Shown here piece by piece: positions 52,301 through 62,779 of a stretch of 64,000 nt of DNA. A program made the translations under genes and the position numbers. The notes under the pieces are model-generated. The model searched no databases, was not told where the DNA came from, and saw nothing but the letters and a program-made list of their open reading frames with translations. The DNA lies in NCBI GenBank assembly GCA_002269645.1, contig NIVC01001610.1:186001-250000 (forward strand), given 5' to 3'. Each line of letters starts with the position of its first letter. The first letter of the stretch is position 1. The DNA comes from Macrostomum lignano. Taxonomy: Eukaryota.

Positions 52301-55300
52301 GTGCTGAGAGTTGGGATGCTGAGATTTGGAGATGTTGAGATTTGGGGATGCTGAGATTTGGGGATGCTGAGATTTGGGATGCTGAGATTTGGGGATGCTG
52401 AGATTTGGGGATGCTGAGATTTGGGATGCTGAGATTTAGGGATGCTGAGATTTGGGATGCTGAGATTTGGGGATGCTGAGATTTGGGATGCTGAGATTTG
52501 GGGATGCTGAGATTTGGGATGCTGAGATTTGGGGATGCTGAGATTTGGGATGCTGAGAGTTGGGGATCTGAGATTTGGGGTGCTGAGAGTTGGGGATCCG
52601 AGATTTGGGATGCTGAGATTTGGGGATGCTGAGATTTGGGATTCTGAGATTTGGGGATGCTGAGATTTGGGATGCTGAGATTTGGGGATGCTGAGATTTT
52701 GGATGCTGAGAGTTGGGGATCCGAGATTTGGGGTGCTGAGAGTTGGGGATCCGAGATTTGGGATGCTGAGATTTGAAAGCCCAAGACAACAATTGCGATT
52801 CCCGAGCCCAGCGAAATGCTCTCGCTGCAGCTGGAGGTCGTCACCATCCGTCCAGTCAGTATTCGCGCACCCCATGCGGCCCTGGGAGGGGAGAGGCCTG
52901 AATGTAGCCAGCGAGAGGAGAGGCCACAGGGTGTCCAGAATCAGTGCACAGATAGGGAGGCAGGCGGCTTGTTTAACTACAGGATTATCTTGAGTGCAGC
53001 ACGCTTTTCATCCGTTTCGATTCGAATTTTTCTCAACGATTTATCATGTGCCGCCGAATTCACAACTGCTTGTACATGCACAGCTCACTGCACGGCCCCT
53101 GCAGCCATCTTGACTGCCTTTTAGTGCATCTCTCGACGAGTGAGAGGGGAAAGAGGATTGAAAAGCATTTTATATGGGAAGAAATTCTTGGTACTTGACA
53201 CTTAAGATATTTGGGATTCTGAAATTTGGGATGCTGAGATTTGGGATGTTGAGATTTGAGGATGCTGAGATTTAGGATGCTGAGATTTGGGGATCCTGAG
53301 ATTTGGGAATCCTGAGATTTTGGGATGCTGAGATTTGGGATACTGAGATTTGGGGAAGCTGAGATTTGGGGATGCTGAGATTTGGGGTGCTGAGATTTGG
53401 GGATGCTGAGATTTGGGGATACTGAGATTTGGGGAAGCTGAGATTTGGGGAAGCTGAGATTTGGGAATCCTGAGATTTTGGGATGCTGAGATTTGGGATG
53501 TTGAGATTTGGGGATGCTGAGATTTGGGGATGCTGAGATTTAGGGATGCTGAGATTTGGGGATGCTGAGATTTGGGATGTTGCGACTTCTGGGAGCGGAG
53601 AAAGGGAAAATTCGGAAATGTCTACAGATAGGGGAAGTTCGCACACTGGGTGATGGATATTGAGCGAGTACAAGCAGCAGTTTTAATGAGACTTATGAAA
53701 CATAATTTGTATTTTCGTATCGAACAGCAATGGTGGCCAAGGCAGTGCAGATTGGCATAGAAAATCACGCACGTTAGAAAAAAGAAGGAAGACAATCTTA
53801 GTAGACTTTTGCCCGGGGCCTATTTGGGCTTATACTCAGCATACAGATACAGCAGAGATGGCTTCTACATGAATCAAGCGAAATTTCACTGTCACTACGT
53901 TAAGCGGCATAGTGATAAGGAAGTTAGTGGGGTATGGGGTGACGGGTCATCTGAGGATCAGAGAGTGACAGGTCACCTGAGGATCAGTGAGTGACGGTCA
54001 CCTGAGGATCAGAGAGTGACAGGTCACCTGAGGATCAGAGAGTGACGGGTCACCTGTGGAGGATCAGAGAGTGACGGGTCACCTGAGGATCAGAGAGTGA
54101 CGGGTCACCTGTGGAGGATCAGAGAGTGACGGGTTACCTGAGGATCAGTGAGTGACGGGTCACCTGTGGAGGATCAGAGAGTGACGGGTCACCTGTGGAG
54201 GATCAGAGAGTGACGGGTTACCTGAGGATCAGTGAGTGACGGGTCACCTGTGGAGGATCAGAGAGTGACGGGTCACCTGTGGAGGATCAGAGAGTGACGG
54301 GTTACCTGAGGATCAGTGAGTGACGGGTCACCTGTGGAGGATCAGAGAGTGACGGGTCACCTGTGGAGGATCAGAGAGTGACGGGTTACCTGAGGATCAG
54401 TGAGTGACGGGTCACCTGTGGAGGATCAGAGAGTGACGGGTCACCTGTGGAGGATCAGAGAGTGACGGGTTACCTGAGGATCAGTGAGTGACGGGTCACC
54501 TGTGGAGGATCAGAGAGTGACGGGTCACCTGTGGAGGATCAGAGAGTGACGGGTTACCTGAGGATCAGTGAGTGACGGGTCACCTGTGGAGGATCAGAGA
54601 GTAACGGGTCACCTGTGGAGGATCAGAGAGTGACGGGTCACCTGAGGATCAGAGAGTGACGGGTCACCTGTGGAGGATCAGAGAGTGACGGGTCACCTGA
54701 GGATCAGAGAGTGACGGGTCACCTGAGGATCAGAGAGTGACGGGTCACCTGAGGATCAGAGAGGGGCAAATTCCCTGAGAAAATTTTTCCAGAGACTTAG
54801 GAGTAAAAGTTCAGGTGAAATATTCAAAATCACAGCAGTGCTAGGAAGATTCTGTACAAGTGAGTAATAAGATTCTTCATTCTGCCCAACGGCTTGTCAA
54901 TGCAGTGGAGCTGAATGCGGCTGAACACATTCGGAACAAGCAGTTGGCCCGAGAGCGGCTTACAAACATCAGAGCTGATTAATTGAGCCTAAAGAGAAAG
55001 AGAAAATTTTAATTCTGCCCGTTGATGAATGACCGGAGGAGAAGGACGCGGTAATCCGGCAGCAGGTAAACCCCCAAGTGCGCAGGGTCTCCCCGAGACT
55101 TATTAGGAACAAGCACTTACTACACTTGCTTGTTTGCGCAGTGGCTTGTTTTTGAGTTAGACAGGTGAGGCCGGGCTTTTAAGAGAAAGAGGTGGAGAGC
55201 CATTGGCTTGAATTGCAAGTGGCCGCTAAGCTCAAGATGGCTGACTGTTGACGGAGACTGATGGGTAAGAGTCTCAGTTTCTTTACAGAAACGGCAGAAA

Positions 55301-58245
55301 TGACTTCTTTGAAGTGTTGAGAAGTCGCCAGCCCTTTTGCTTCGAGTTTTGCCTTTTTCTGTTGCCGCCCCAGCAAAGCAGCAAATGTTGCATTTCTCAT
55401 CGCCTCCGACGTCCGTCTATTCTGTCAGGAATGCGGGATAGGCTGCTCAGAAAGGGGAAGCCGATTCAGAGCTGAGCTGAATGGGGAGAAATGGGAGAAA
55501 TATAAGAGAGATGGCAGGGGAAAACAGACAGGCGCGTTGCCGCATTTTGATCCCCGCGGCACGCAAAGTGGCTTTCAGCTTTTGGGGATCCGAGATCCCC
55601 TCTGGTTTCCCCATTCATCCTGTTGGCAAGCAGATCCCGGATTCCCTGCGGCACGCGACTTTCTCGGAGTCAAATAGAGGGCCCGGGTGTGCATTTCATG
55701 GCTGCCGATGCTGGCAGGCTATCACACACTACTACAGCATTGCTGTTGGATAGCAATCACACACTACTACAGCATTGCTGTTGGATAGCAATCACACACT
55801 ACTACAGCACTGCTGTTGGATAGCAATCACACACTACTACAGCATTGCTGTTGGATAGCAATCACACACTACTACAGCACTGCTGTTGGATAGCAATCAC
55901 ACACTACTACAGCATTGCTGTTGGATAGCAATCACACACTACTACAGCATTGCTGTTGGATAGCAATCACACACTACTACAGCATTGCTGTTGGATAGCA
56001 ATCACACACTACTACAGCACTGCTGTTGGATAGCAATCACACACTACTACAGCACTGCTGTTGGATAGCAATCACACCCTACTACAGCATTGCTGTTGGA
56101 TAGCAATCACACACTACTACAGCACTGCTGTTGGATAGCAATCACACACTACTACAGCACTGCTGTTGGATAGCAATCACACACTACTACAGCACTGCTG
56201 TTGGATAGCAATCACACACTACTACAGCACTGCTGTTGGATAGCAATCACACACTACTACAGCATTGCTGTTGGATAGCAATCACACACTACTACAGCAC
56301 TGCTGTTGGATAGCAATCACACACTACTACAGCACTGCTGTTGGATAGCAATCACACACTACTACAGCACTGCTGTTGGATAGCAATCACACACTACTAC
56401 AGCACTGCTGTTGGATAGCAATCACACACTACTACAGCACTGCTGTTGGATAGCAATCACACACTACTACAGCACTGCTGTTGGATAGCAATCACACACT
56501 ACTACAGCACTGCTGTTGGATAGCAATCACACACTACTACAGCATTGCTGTTGGATAGCAATCACACACTACTACAGCATTGCTGTTGGATAGCAATCAC
56601 ACACTACTACAGCATTGCTGTTGGATAGCAATCACACACTACTACAGCATTGCTGTTGGATAGCAATCACACACTACTACAGCACTGCTGTTGGATAGCA
56701 ATCACACACTACTACAGCACTGCTGTTGGATAGCAATCACACACTACTACAGCACTGCTGTTGGATAGCAATCACACACTACTACAGCACTGCTGTTGGA
56801 TAGCAATCACACACTACTACAGCACTGCTGTTGGATAGCAATCACACACTACTACAGCACTGCTGTTGGATAGCAATCACACACTACTACAGCACTGCTG
56901 TTGGATAGCAATCACACACTACTACAGCATTGCTGTTGGATAGCAATCACACACTACTACAGCATTGCTGTTGGATAGCAATCACACACTACTACAGCAT
57001 TGCTGTTGGATAGCAATCACACACTACTACAGCACTGCTGTTGGATAGCAATCACACACTACTACAGCACTGCTGTTGGATAGCAATCACACACTACTAC
57101 AGCACTGCTGTTGGATAGCAATCACACACTACTACAGCATTGCTGTTGGATAGCAATCACACACTACTACAGCATTGCTGTTGGATAGCAATCACACACT
57201 ACTACAGCATTGCTGTTGGATAGCAATCACACACTACTACAGCATTGCTGTTGGATAGCAATCACACACTACTACAGCATTGCTGTTGGATAGCAATCAC
57301 ACACTACTACAGCACTGCTGTTGGATAGCAATCACACACTACTACAGCATTGCTGTTGGATAGCAATCACACACTACTACAGCATTTCTGTTGGATAGCA
57401 ATCACACACTACTACAGCACTGCTGTTGGATAGCAATCACACACTACTACAGCACTGCTGTTGGATAGCAATCACACACTACTACAGCACTGCTGTTGGA
57501 TAGCAATCACACACTACTACAGCACTGCTGTTGGATAGCAATCACACACTACTACAGCATTGCTGTTGGATAGCAATCACACACTACTACAGCACTGCTG
57601 TTGGATAGCAATCACACACTACTACAGCATTGCTGTTGGATAGCAATCACACACTACTACAGCATTGCTGTTGGATAGCAATCACACACTACTACAGCAC
57701 TGCTGTTGGATAGCAATCACACACTACTACAGCACTGCTGTTGGATAGCAATCACACACTACTACAGCATTGCTGTTGGATAGCAATCACACACTACTAC
57801 AGCATTGCTGTTGGATAGCAATCACACACTACTACAGCATTGCTGTTGGATAGCAATCACACACTACTACAGCATTGCTGTTGGAAAGCAATCACAGACT
57901 ACTACAGCATTGCTGTTGGATAGCAATCGCACACTACTGCAGCTCCACAGAATTTCTGTTCCACTACAATCAGACACTGCTACTCAATGATTCAGAATAT
58001 CTATTGCTCAGACAAAGCTAGGACTCACCTTTGTGAATTCCAGTCAGCTTGTCCTTCAACACGCTGAGCTCAAGAATCGGCCCGAACTCTTCAAACAGCG
58101 GCCTGAGTTCGAGCTCCTCCATGTTTCTAGGGATCTGGCCTACGAATAGTTTGATGCGATCGGACTTGGCCAGAATCGGCTGGCCGCCCGGTCGAGTGAT
58201 GTCGAACGACTGATGAGGATGATGCTGATGGTTTTGATGCGGCAT
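32311..58245 (-). CDS. CELF4: CELF3-6 / UNC-75 / Bruno-3 family RNA-binding protein, 540 aa, 3 RRMs; exons 58245-58029, 48271-48189, 45666-45618, 40658-40450, 36317-36165, 33758-33287, 33191-33141, 32699-32311
   Basis: All junctions GT-AG and in frame (1623 nt). RRM1 [11 protein letters not shown]...GCAFLTY, linker [15 protein letters not shown]2 [15 protein letters not shown]...GCAFVKY...[12 protein letters not shown], divergent domain GYVNPVAA and ADPLQQ, RRM3 [16 protein letters not shown]...[11 protein letters not shown]...RPY. The exon-6 acceptor could be one of several nearby phase-0 AGs. The symbol marks the closest subfamily, not proven orthology. Confidence 0.93.
32836..32977. repeat. 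18-bp minisatellite, ~7 copies, CELF intron 7
   Basis: Unit cccccttactccacagtg. Confidence 0.85.
33935..34625. repeat. GGGAT/GTAGAT minisatellite (17-25-bp variants), CELF intron 5
   Basis: Units gggagctaggtagatgggatta, gggatctaggtagatgggatc, gatgcaggtagatggg. Confidence 0.93.
35555..36015. repeat. 12-bp telomere-like (CCTAAA-containing) array, CELF intron 5
   Basis: Unit aacctaaacagt / aacctaaaccgt. Confidence 0.9.
36440..37420. repeat. 21-bp minisatellite, ~45 copies, CELF intron 4
   Basis: Unit gggatccaggtagataggatc; source of the spurious IGIQVDR ORF. Confidence 0.96.
38050..39955. repeat. 14-bp minisatellite, ~135 copies, CELF intron 4
   Basis: Unit cacagacactgtaa; the sense (minus) strand reads UUACAGUGUCUGUG. 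Confidence 0.96.
40940..42470. repeat. 20/40-bp compound minisatellite with higher-order units, CELF intron 3
   Basis: catctatccactcYcagcct + catctacagaatccYgattt alternation. Confidence 0.94.
42783..43212. repeat. 23-bp minisatellite, ~19 copies, CELF intron 3
   Basis: Unit gaattcccttctctgccctcccY. Confidence 0.95.
46259..46350. repeat. (CTAT)n / GATA microsatellite
   Basis: ~23 perfect tetramers. Confidence 0.98.
47525..48045. repeat. 15/16-bp minisatellite, CELF intron 2
   Basis: Unit gatgctgagatttgg(g); same family as 50140-53580. Confidence 0.96.
50140..53580. repeat. 15/16-bp minisatellite arrays enclosing a 1453-bp tandem duplication, CELF intron 1
   Basis: Arrays at ~50140-51320, 51760-52775 and 53210-53580; unique ~440-bp core at 51321-51760 repeated at 52774-53213 (offset 1453). 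Confidence 0.95.
53935..54763. repeat. 26/29-bp minisatellite, ~30 units, with an 84-bp higher-order repeat, CELF intron 1
   Basis: Units gaggatcagagagtgacgggtcacct(gtg); regular 29+29+26 pattern in the middle. Confidence 0.96.
55722..57935. repeat. 35-bp minisatellite, ~63 copies, at the 5' end of CELF intron 1
   Basis: Unit cacacactactacagcaYtgctgttggatagcaat; essentially one polymorphic position. Confidence 0.97.
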
Positions 58246-58404
58246 TTCGTAGTCTCCTAATAACTATACTGATGAAGCTGGACGGGATCTGTTTAGCGTT
58301 TGCAGAGCAAAATATGAAGGCGAATAATATTTTAATCTTTATAGATTTTTGACGCTGAAATCGGTGTCGATTTGTTGAAGCTCGGCTGGGGTGGCGCGGA
58401 CTCA

Positions 58405-58460
58405 TATTTCTCTCGCGCTCTCTGATTGGCGTCAGGCCGCAGGACGGTCTGCTCAGAGAG
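58405..58460 (-). promoter_or_regulatory. Probable CELF proximal promoter
   Basis: CCAAT box (ctgattgg, ~58421-58428 on +) next to a TGACG half-site, ~180 nt upstream of the ATG, in a CpG-rich context. Confidence 0.35.
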
Positions 58461-58549
58461 AGGGGGGACGCGGCTATACAAGACAGCTGAACATCCTGCT
58501 GCAGAAATGGCGCATGAAATTCTGGGGCGATGGGGGAGAGAAGAGGGAG

Positions 58550-59475
58550 AGAGGTGAGTGTGGAGTGAGAGGTGAGAGTGGGGAATGAAAGGGGTGAGAG
58601 TGGAAAAAGAGAGGTGAGAGTATGGAATAAGAGAGGTGAGAGTGTGGAATAAGAGAGGTGAGAGTGTGGAATAAGAGAGGTGAGAGTGTGGAATAAGAGA
58701 GGTGAGAGTGTGGAATAAGAGAGGTGAGAGTGTGGAATAAGAGAGGTGAGAGTGGTGAATTAGATAGGTGAGAAGACTGTGGGCTGAGATATGTGAGAGT
58801 GTGGAATGAGAGAGGGGGGTTGAGGAATGAGGTGAGGGAGAAAGTGGATGAAGGATGATGGGAGAGTGGATGAAGGATGATGGGAGAGTGGATGAAGGAT
58901 GATGGGAGAGTGAATGAAGGATGATGGGAGAGTGGATGAAGGATGATGGGAGAGTGGATGAAGGATGATGGGAGAGTGGATGAAGGATGATGGGAGAGTG
59001 GATGAAGGATGATGGGAGAGTGGATGAAGGATGATGGGAGAGTGGATGAAGGATGATGGGAGAGTGGATGAAGGATGATGGGAGAGTGGATGAAGGATGA
59101 TGGGAGAGTGGATGAAGGATGATGGGAGAGTGGATGAAGGATGATGGGAGAGTGGATGAAGGATGATGGGAGAGTGGATGAAGGATGATGGGAGAGTGGA
59201 TGAAGGATGATGGGAGAGTGGATGAAGGATGATGGGAGAGTGGATGAAGGATGATGGGAGAGTGGATGAAGGATGATGGGAGAGTGGATGAAGGATGATG
59301 GGAGAGTGGATGAAGGATGATGGGAGAGTGGATGAAGGATGATGGGAGAGTGGATGAAGGATGATGGGAGAGTGGATGAAGGATGATGGGAGAGTGGATG
59401 AAGGATGATGGGAGAGTGGATGAAGGATGAGGGGGAGAGTGGATGAAGGATGATGGGAGAGTGGATGAAGGATGA
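58550..59475. repeat. Two purine-rich 22-bp minisatellites upstream of CELF
   Basis: gagaggtgagagtgtggaataa (58550-58760) and ggatgatgggagagtggatgaa (~28 copies, 58845-59475). Confidence 0.95.
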
Positions 59476-59881
59476 AGGATAGAGATTAGAGGTAAGTGAG
59501 TGATGGAGCGGATCAGTGCTGAATGAATGAGGTGAAATAACCAAGAAGTTATTTCGTGAGCGGGTGAGTGGGTGACTAATATGCAGTAAACAGCGCCCCA
59601 CACTCGACAGGCGGCGGAGTGAGTAAAAGCAAAAACATCGCATTTAAACCCGGCAGAAGCCCGGAACTTGGCCGGGAAACCCCTGCAGCAGCCCCTGCCC
59701 GTCGCAGCAGGTCGCAGCTATTATTCGGCCGGCGCAACGGTTTCTAGAATCAGCGAAGCGAAGGCAGAATTCTGTTTCCTTTGACGGGTTTCCCTTTTGC
59801 GCAGTTGAATAATCAATTTCTATTGGTTTGCGATGGCTTCGTTTGATTTGAAAACTTCTCTGCCATTGTTAGACTGCAGTG

Positions 59882-60415
59882 CGATGACATCACAGCCGCG
59901 GGCTTGCCTGGGCTGCCGTTCGTTCTGTGAGGGCAGTCCTGAAGTTCGAGGCCTTACCTGACCGCCAGAGGGCGGCGTTGTTCCAGGCGGTGATCGAGAC
60001 TGTCTTGCTGTACAACCCCGAGACCTGGACGCTGACGAAGTCGCTCGAGCAACAAGTTGACACGGCGCACGCTGGCCTGTTGCGTGCCGCCTTCAAGATC
60101 GGCTACGAGCGAGTGACCAACGCGGCTTTGTATCGCCGCGCCGGCCTGGTCCGTCCAGGCGACCTGATGCGCCGTCGGCGACTCCAGCTGGCAGGCCACA
60201 TCATCCGCGCCGAGGCTTAATGCCCAGAGCCGGTGCAGGAGGTGCTGCTGCTGACGCTGCAGGCATCCTACCGGCGGGGGCAGGCGCGCACTCGACGCTT
60301 GGTCGACTACCTGCTGGCTGACGCCGGCGCCCCGGATTCGGCCGGCGGCGTGGCGTTCATTCGCGACCTGGCCTTGAGGCGCGCCCTGTGACGCTAACTG
60401 CGTATTTTGTTGTTG
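59882..60415 (+). mobile_element. 5'-truncated RTE-type LINE with TSD and (TTG)n tail
   Basis: Encodes LFQAVIETVLLYNPETWTLTK...RRRLQLAGHIIR (RTE ORF C-terminus) with an in-frame stop; tail ttttgttgttg; 12-bp TSD tagactgcagtg at 59870-59881 and 60416-60427. Confidence 0.9.
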
Positions 60416-60542
60416 TAGACTGCAGTGAAATTCTAATGTGGCTGGGGCATCTAGCTACGAGTTAGATTGTTAGCTACGAGTAACACAGGGCTAAATGGAA
60501 GTTTTCGGGTATCGCCAAGGTGTCAATGCTAGGTGATTCGGG

Positions 60543-60705
60543 GGAATCTCTGATCGCCAAGGATGCGAGGGAATTTCTGTGATCGCCAAGGATGCAGGGG
60601 AATCTCTGTGATCGCCAAGGATGCAGGCGAATCTCTGTGATCGCCAAGGATGCGGGGGAATTTCTGTGATCGCCAAGGATGCGGGGGAATTTCTGTGATC
60701 GCAGA
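60543..60705. repeat. ~29-30-bp minisatellite, ~6 copies
   Basis: Unit gaatYtctgtgatcgccaaggatgcRggg. Confidence 0.85.
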
Positions 60706-61115
60706 GTCAAAAGAAAAATCTGGAAGATCATCATCAAGGGCTTAAATATTTCGATGCATACTCGTAATATTGAATAAAATTAGCGTACTTTATTTGATAT
60801 TTTGAAACATAATAGACGCCGTGACCGATTATGAATGGAAAGCAGTTATTAAAAACATCATTATTATTACTAGAAATTCATCCCAATCGATTCCACAGCT
60901 CAGCCGGTCCATGCCGTCTCCAAATGAGTCCAGTTCGAGCGTCGGGCTGCAGCGACGGGTCGAGACGCGTGTACCTGCAATGCAATGGTTGGTTTCTTAG
61001 AGTAGCAAATTTAAGAACTTGAACCCTTTGACTCTTCGACTCTAAGCATGCTACTTAGAGTGGGATCTAACGGGACAATTATCAGCTCGGATGAGCCAAC
61101 ATCTCAGGAAGCAGC

Positions 61116-61920
61116 TTACCTCAACTTTCCTGCTAGCGCGTGTCCTGCGCGAAGCGGCGGAGGCGGCGGCGGCGGCGGCATCTGCGGCGACAGCAGCCGG
61201 CCTCGTTCGCGTTGCCTCGGCGCCACCGTCGCCTCGTCGCCCGTCTGCGGATGGAGCAGCCGAATTGGCCAGCCGGCCGGCCGGTGCGGACGGCGGTTGT
61301 CTGTCCGAGCGGCGGCTGGTTTCTCAGCCTGACCGCGCGGTTCTCGCTGCTCAAAATCGATGACCAGGCGGTCGATCTGTTTTGGACTGGACGGCACCAG
61401 CCGTTGCTGCTCCCGATGTTGTCGGCTTCGGTCGAGTGTCCAAGCGTCCAGAGCAGTCTTGAGCACTCCGGCTACCAGTGCCTTCTCGCGTTCGCTGGCT
61501 CCGGACAGCCAGGCGTGTACTACTGATGGGTCGTCGGTCTGCAGCACCTGGCACAGCAGGCACAGCACGGCCAGTTCTTGCAGCTCCACCTCGGCCGCCA
61601 CGCCAGCCGCATCGAAATCGGCTGCTCCTCTGGCGTCATACCGGGCCAGCGGCAGCGCCGTTGACGATGAAGTCCGGCATCGGCTTCTTGTGGTCGATGG
61701 CCGCCGTTTCGACGCCGGTGTTGCTGGAAAAGTGCCGCTAGCGGTCAGAGGGCGCCGGCGGGCTGGCGCCGGAACTGCGGGAGCGGTTGGGGTGGAAGTC
61801 GAGCTAGACCAGGTGGGGCAGAGCAGCTCAGAGGGGTAAACGAGGCCAGACTCTTGCGCCACAACCCCTGCTTCGATTCCGAGAGGGGCAACATTCGTCT
61901 GGGGCTCGTGTGCACAAAAA
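61116..61920 (-). CDS. TBATA/C4orf17 (SPATIAL)-like protein, probably a terminal exon; start unresolved
   Basis: GC-rich open frame of ~265 codons. Segment ELAVLCLLCQVLQTDDPSVVHAWLSGASEREKALVAGVLKTAL resembles the conserved LLCQILQTD...W...KEK block of TBATA/C4orf17 (from memory). No in-frame ATG before the domain. Confidence 0.55.
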
Positions 61921-62356
61921 TTGGCTCAGAGAGTGGTCCTGCGATTCACACGTACGATGGCCGACCGACAAGGCACAGTGTAAATGCTCGTTGTAGCTCG
62001 TACACCTTGCGAAAGCATGTTTAAATTACCTGATTTAGATTTAACACATCGGAGCGATAGAATAAGTATAAACTTGTATTGCTCTTACTTTATAAAATAA
62101 ATCGTCGTTAGCTCTGGACTCAGATTTTTTAGATAAAAAAATATAGCGTAGCACAAGTACTAGGAAGTTCAAAAAGCTAACTTTGGTTCTTCAATAATTT
62201 TTCACAAAGCCCAATTTAAACAAGACCCAAACCAGTTGAAATTGAAGAACAGAAAAGCAGTTTTTTAAGTGTATACTACGTATATTAACCAACTCGAAAC
62301 AATATATTTTAGATTTTTGTTTAAAGTCACAGATTATAGCAGTTTCACTCTTGACT

Positions 62357-62779
62357 TTAGTAGACATTGCCAGACTTGGCGCCGTAGCCAGAGCCGTAGC
62401 CAGAGCCGTAGCCAGAGCCGTAGCCAGAGCCGTAGCCAGAGCCGTAGCCAGAGCCGTAGCCAGAGCCGTAGCCAGAGCCGTAGCCAGAGCCGTAGCCAGA
62501 GCTGTAGCCAGAGCCGTAGCCAGAGCCGTAGCCAGAGCCGTAGTTATCGCCGCCGTAGCCGCCGCCATACTTGTAGCTGCCATAGCTATCCTTGGGCGCT
62601 TCGTACAGCACCTTGCGCCAGCCGTAGGGATTCTCCAAATAGTGACTGACCAAGCGGGGCCTGCCGTACTTGTCGAATTCCTCTTCGGTGACCTCGGCGG
62701 GGCCAGCGCTACCGTAGCCGAAGCCGTTGCAAGCGGCGGCCATTGCCATCAGAGCCAGAGCAACAGTGACAAAGCGCAT
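62357..62779 (-). CDS. Secreted Gly/Tyr/Ser-rich (GYGS)n protein, 140 aa, intronless
   Basis: ATG at 62779, signal peptide [19 protein letters not shown], an acidic/basic spacer, ~13 GYGS repeats encoded by a 12-bp unit, ends ...KSGNVY-stop. Confidence 0.85.
   Translation of the reverse strand: MRFVTVALALMAMAAACNGFGYGSAGPAEVTEEEFDKYGRPRLVSHYLENPYGWRKVLYEAPKDSYGSYKYGGGYGGDNYGSGYGSGYGSGYSSGYGSGYGSGYGSGYGSGYGSGYGSGYGSGYGSGYGSGYGAKSGNVY

Noticed and set aside
55722-57935. CRISPR-like appearance (35-bp palindromic repeats)
   Set aside because: No unique spacers, no cas genes, and the context is a eukaryotic intron.
61140-61839. Plus-strand ORFs overlapping the TBATA-like ORF, and 62269-62839 overlapping the GYGS gene
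   Set aside because: Antisense shadows of GC-rich or repetitive coding sequence.
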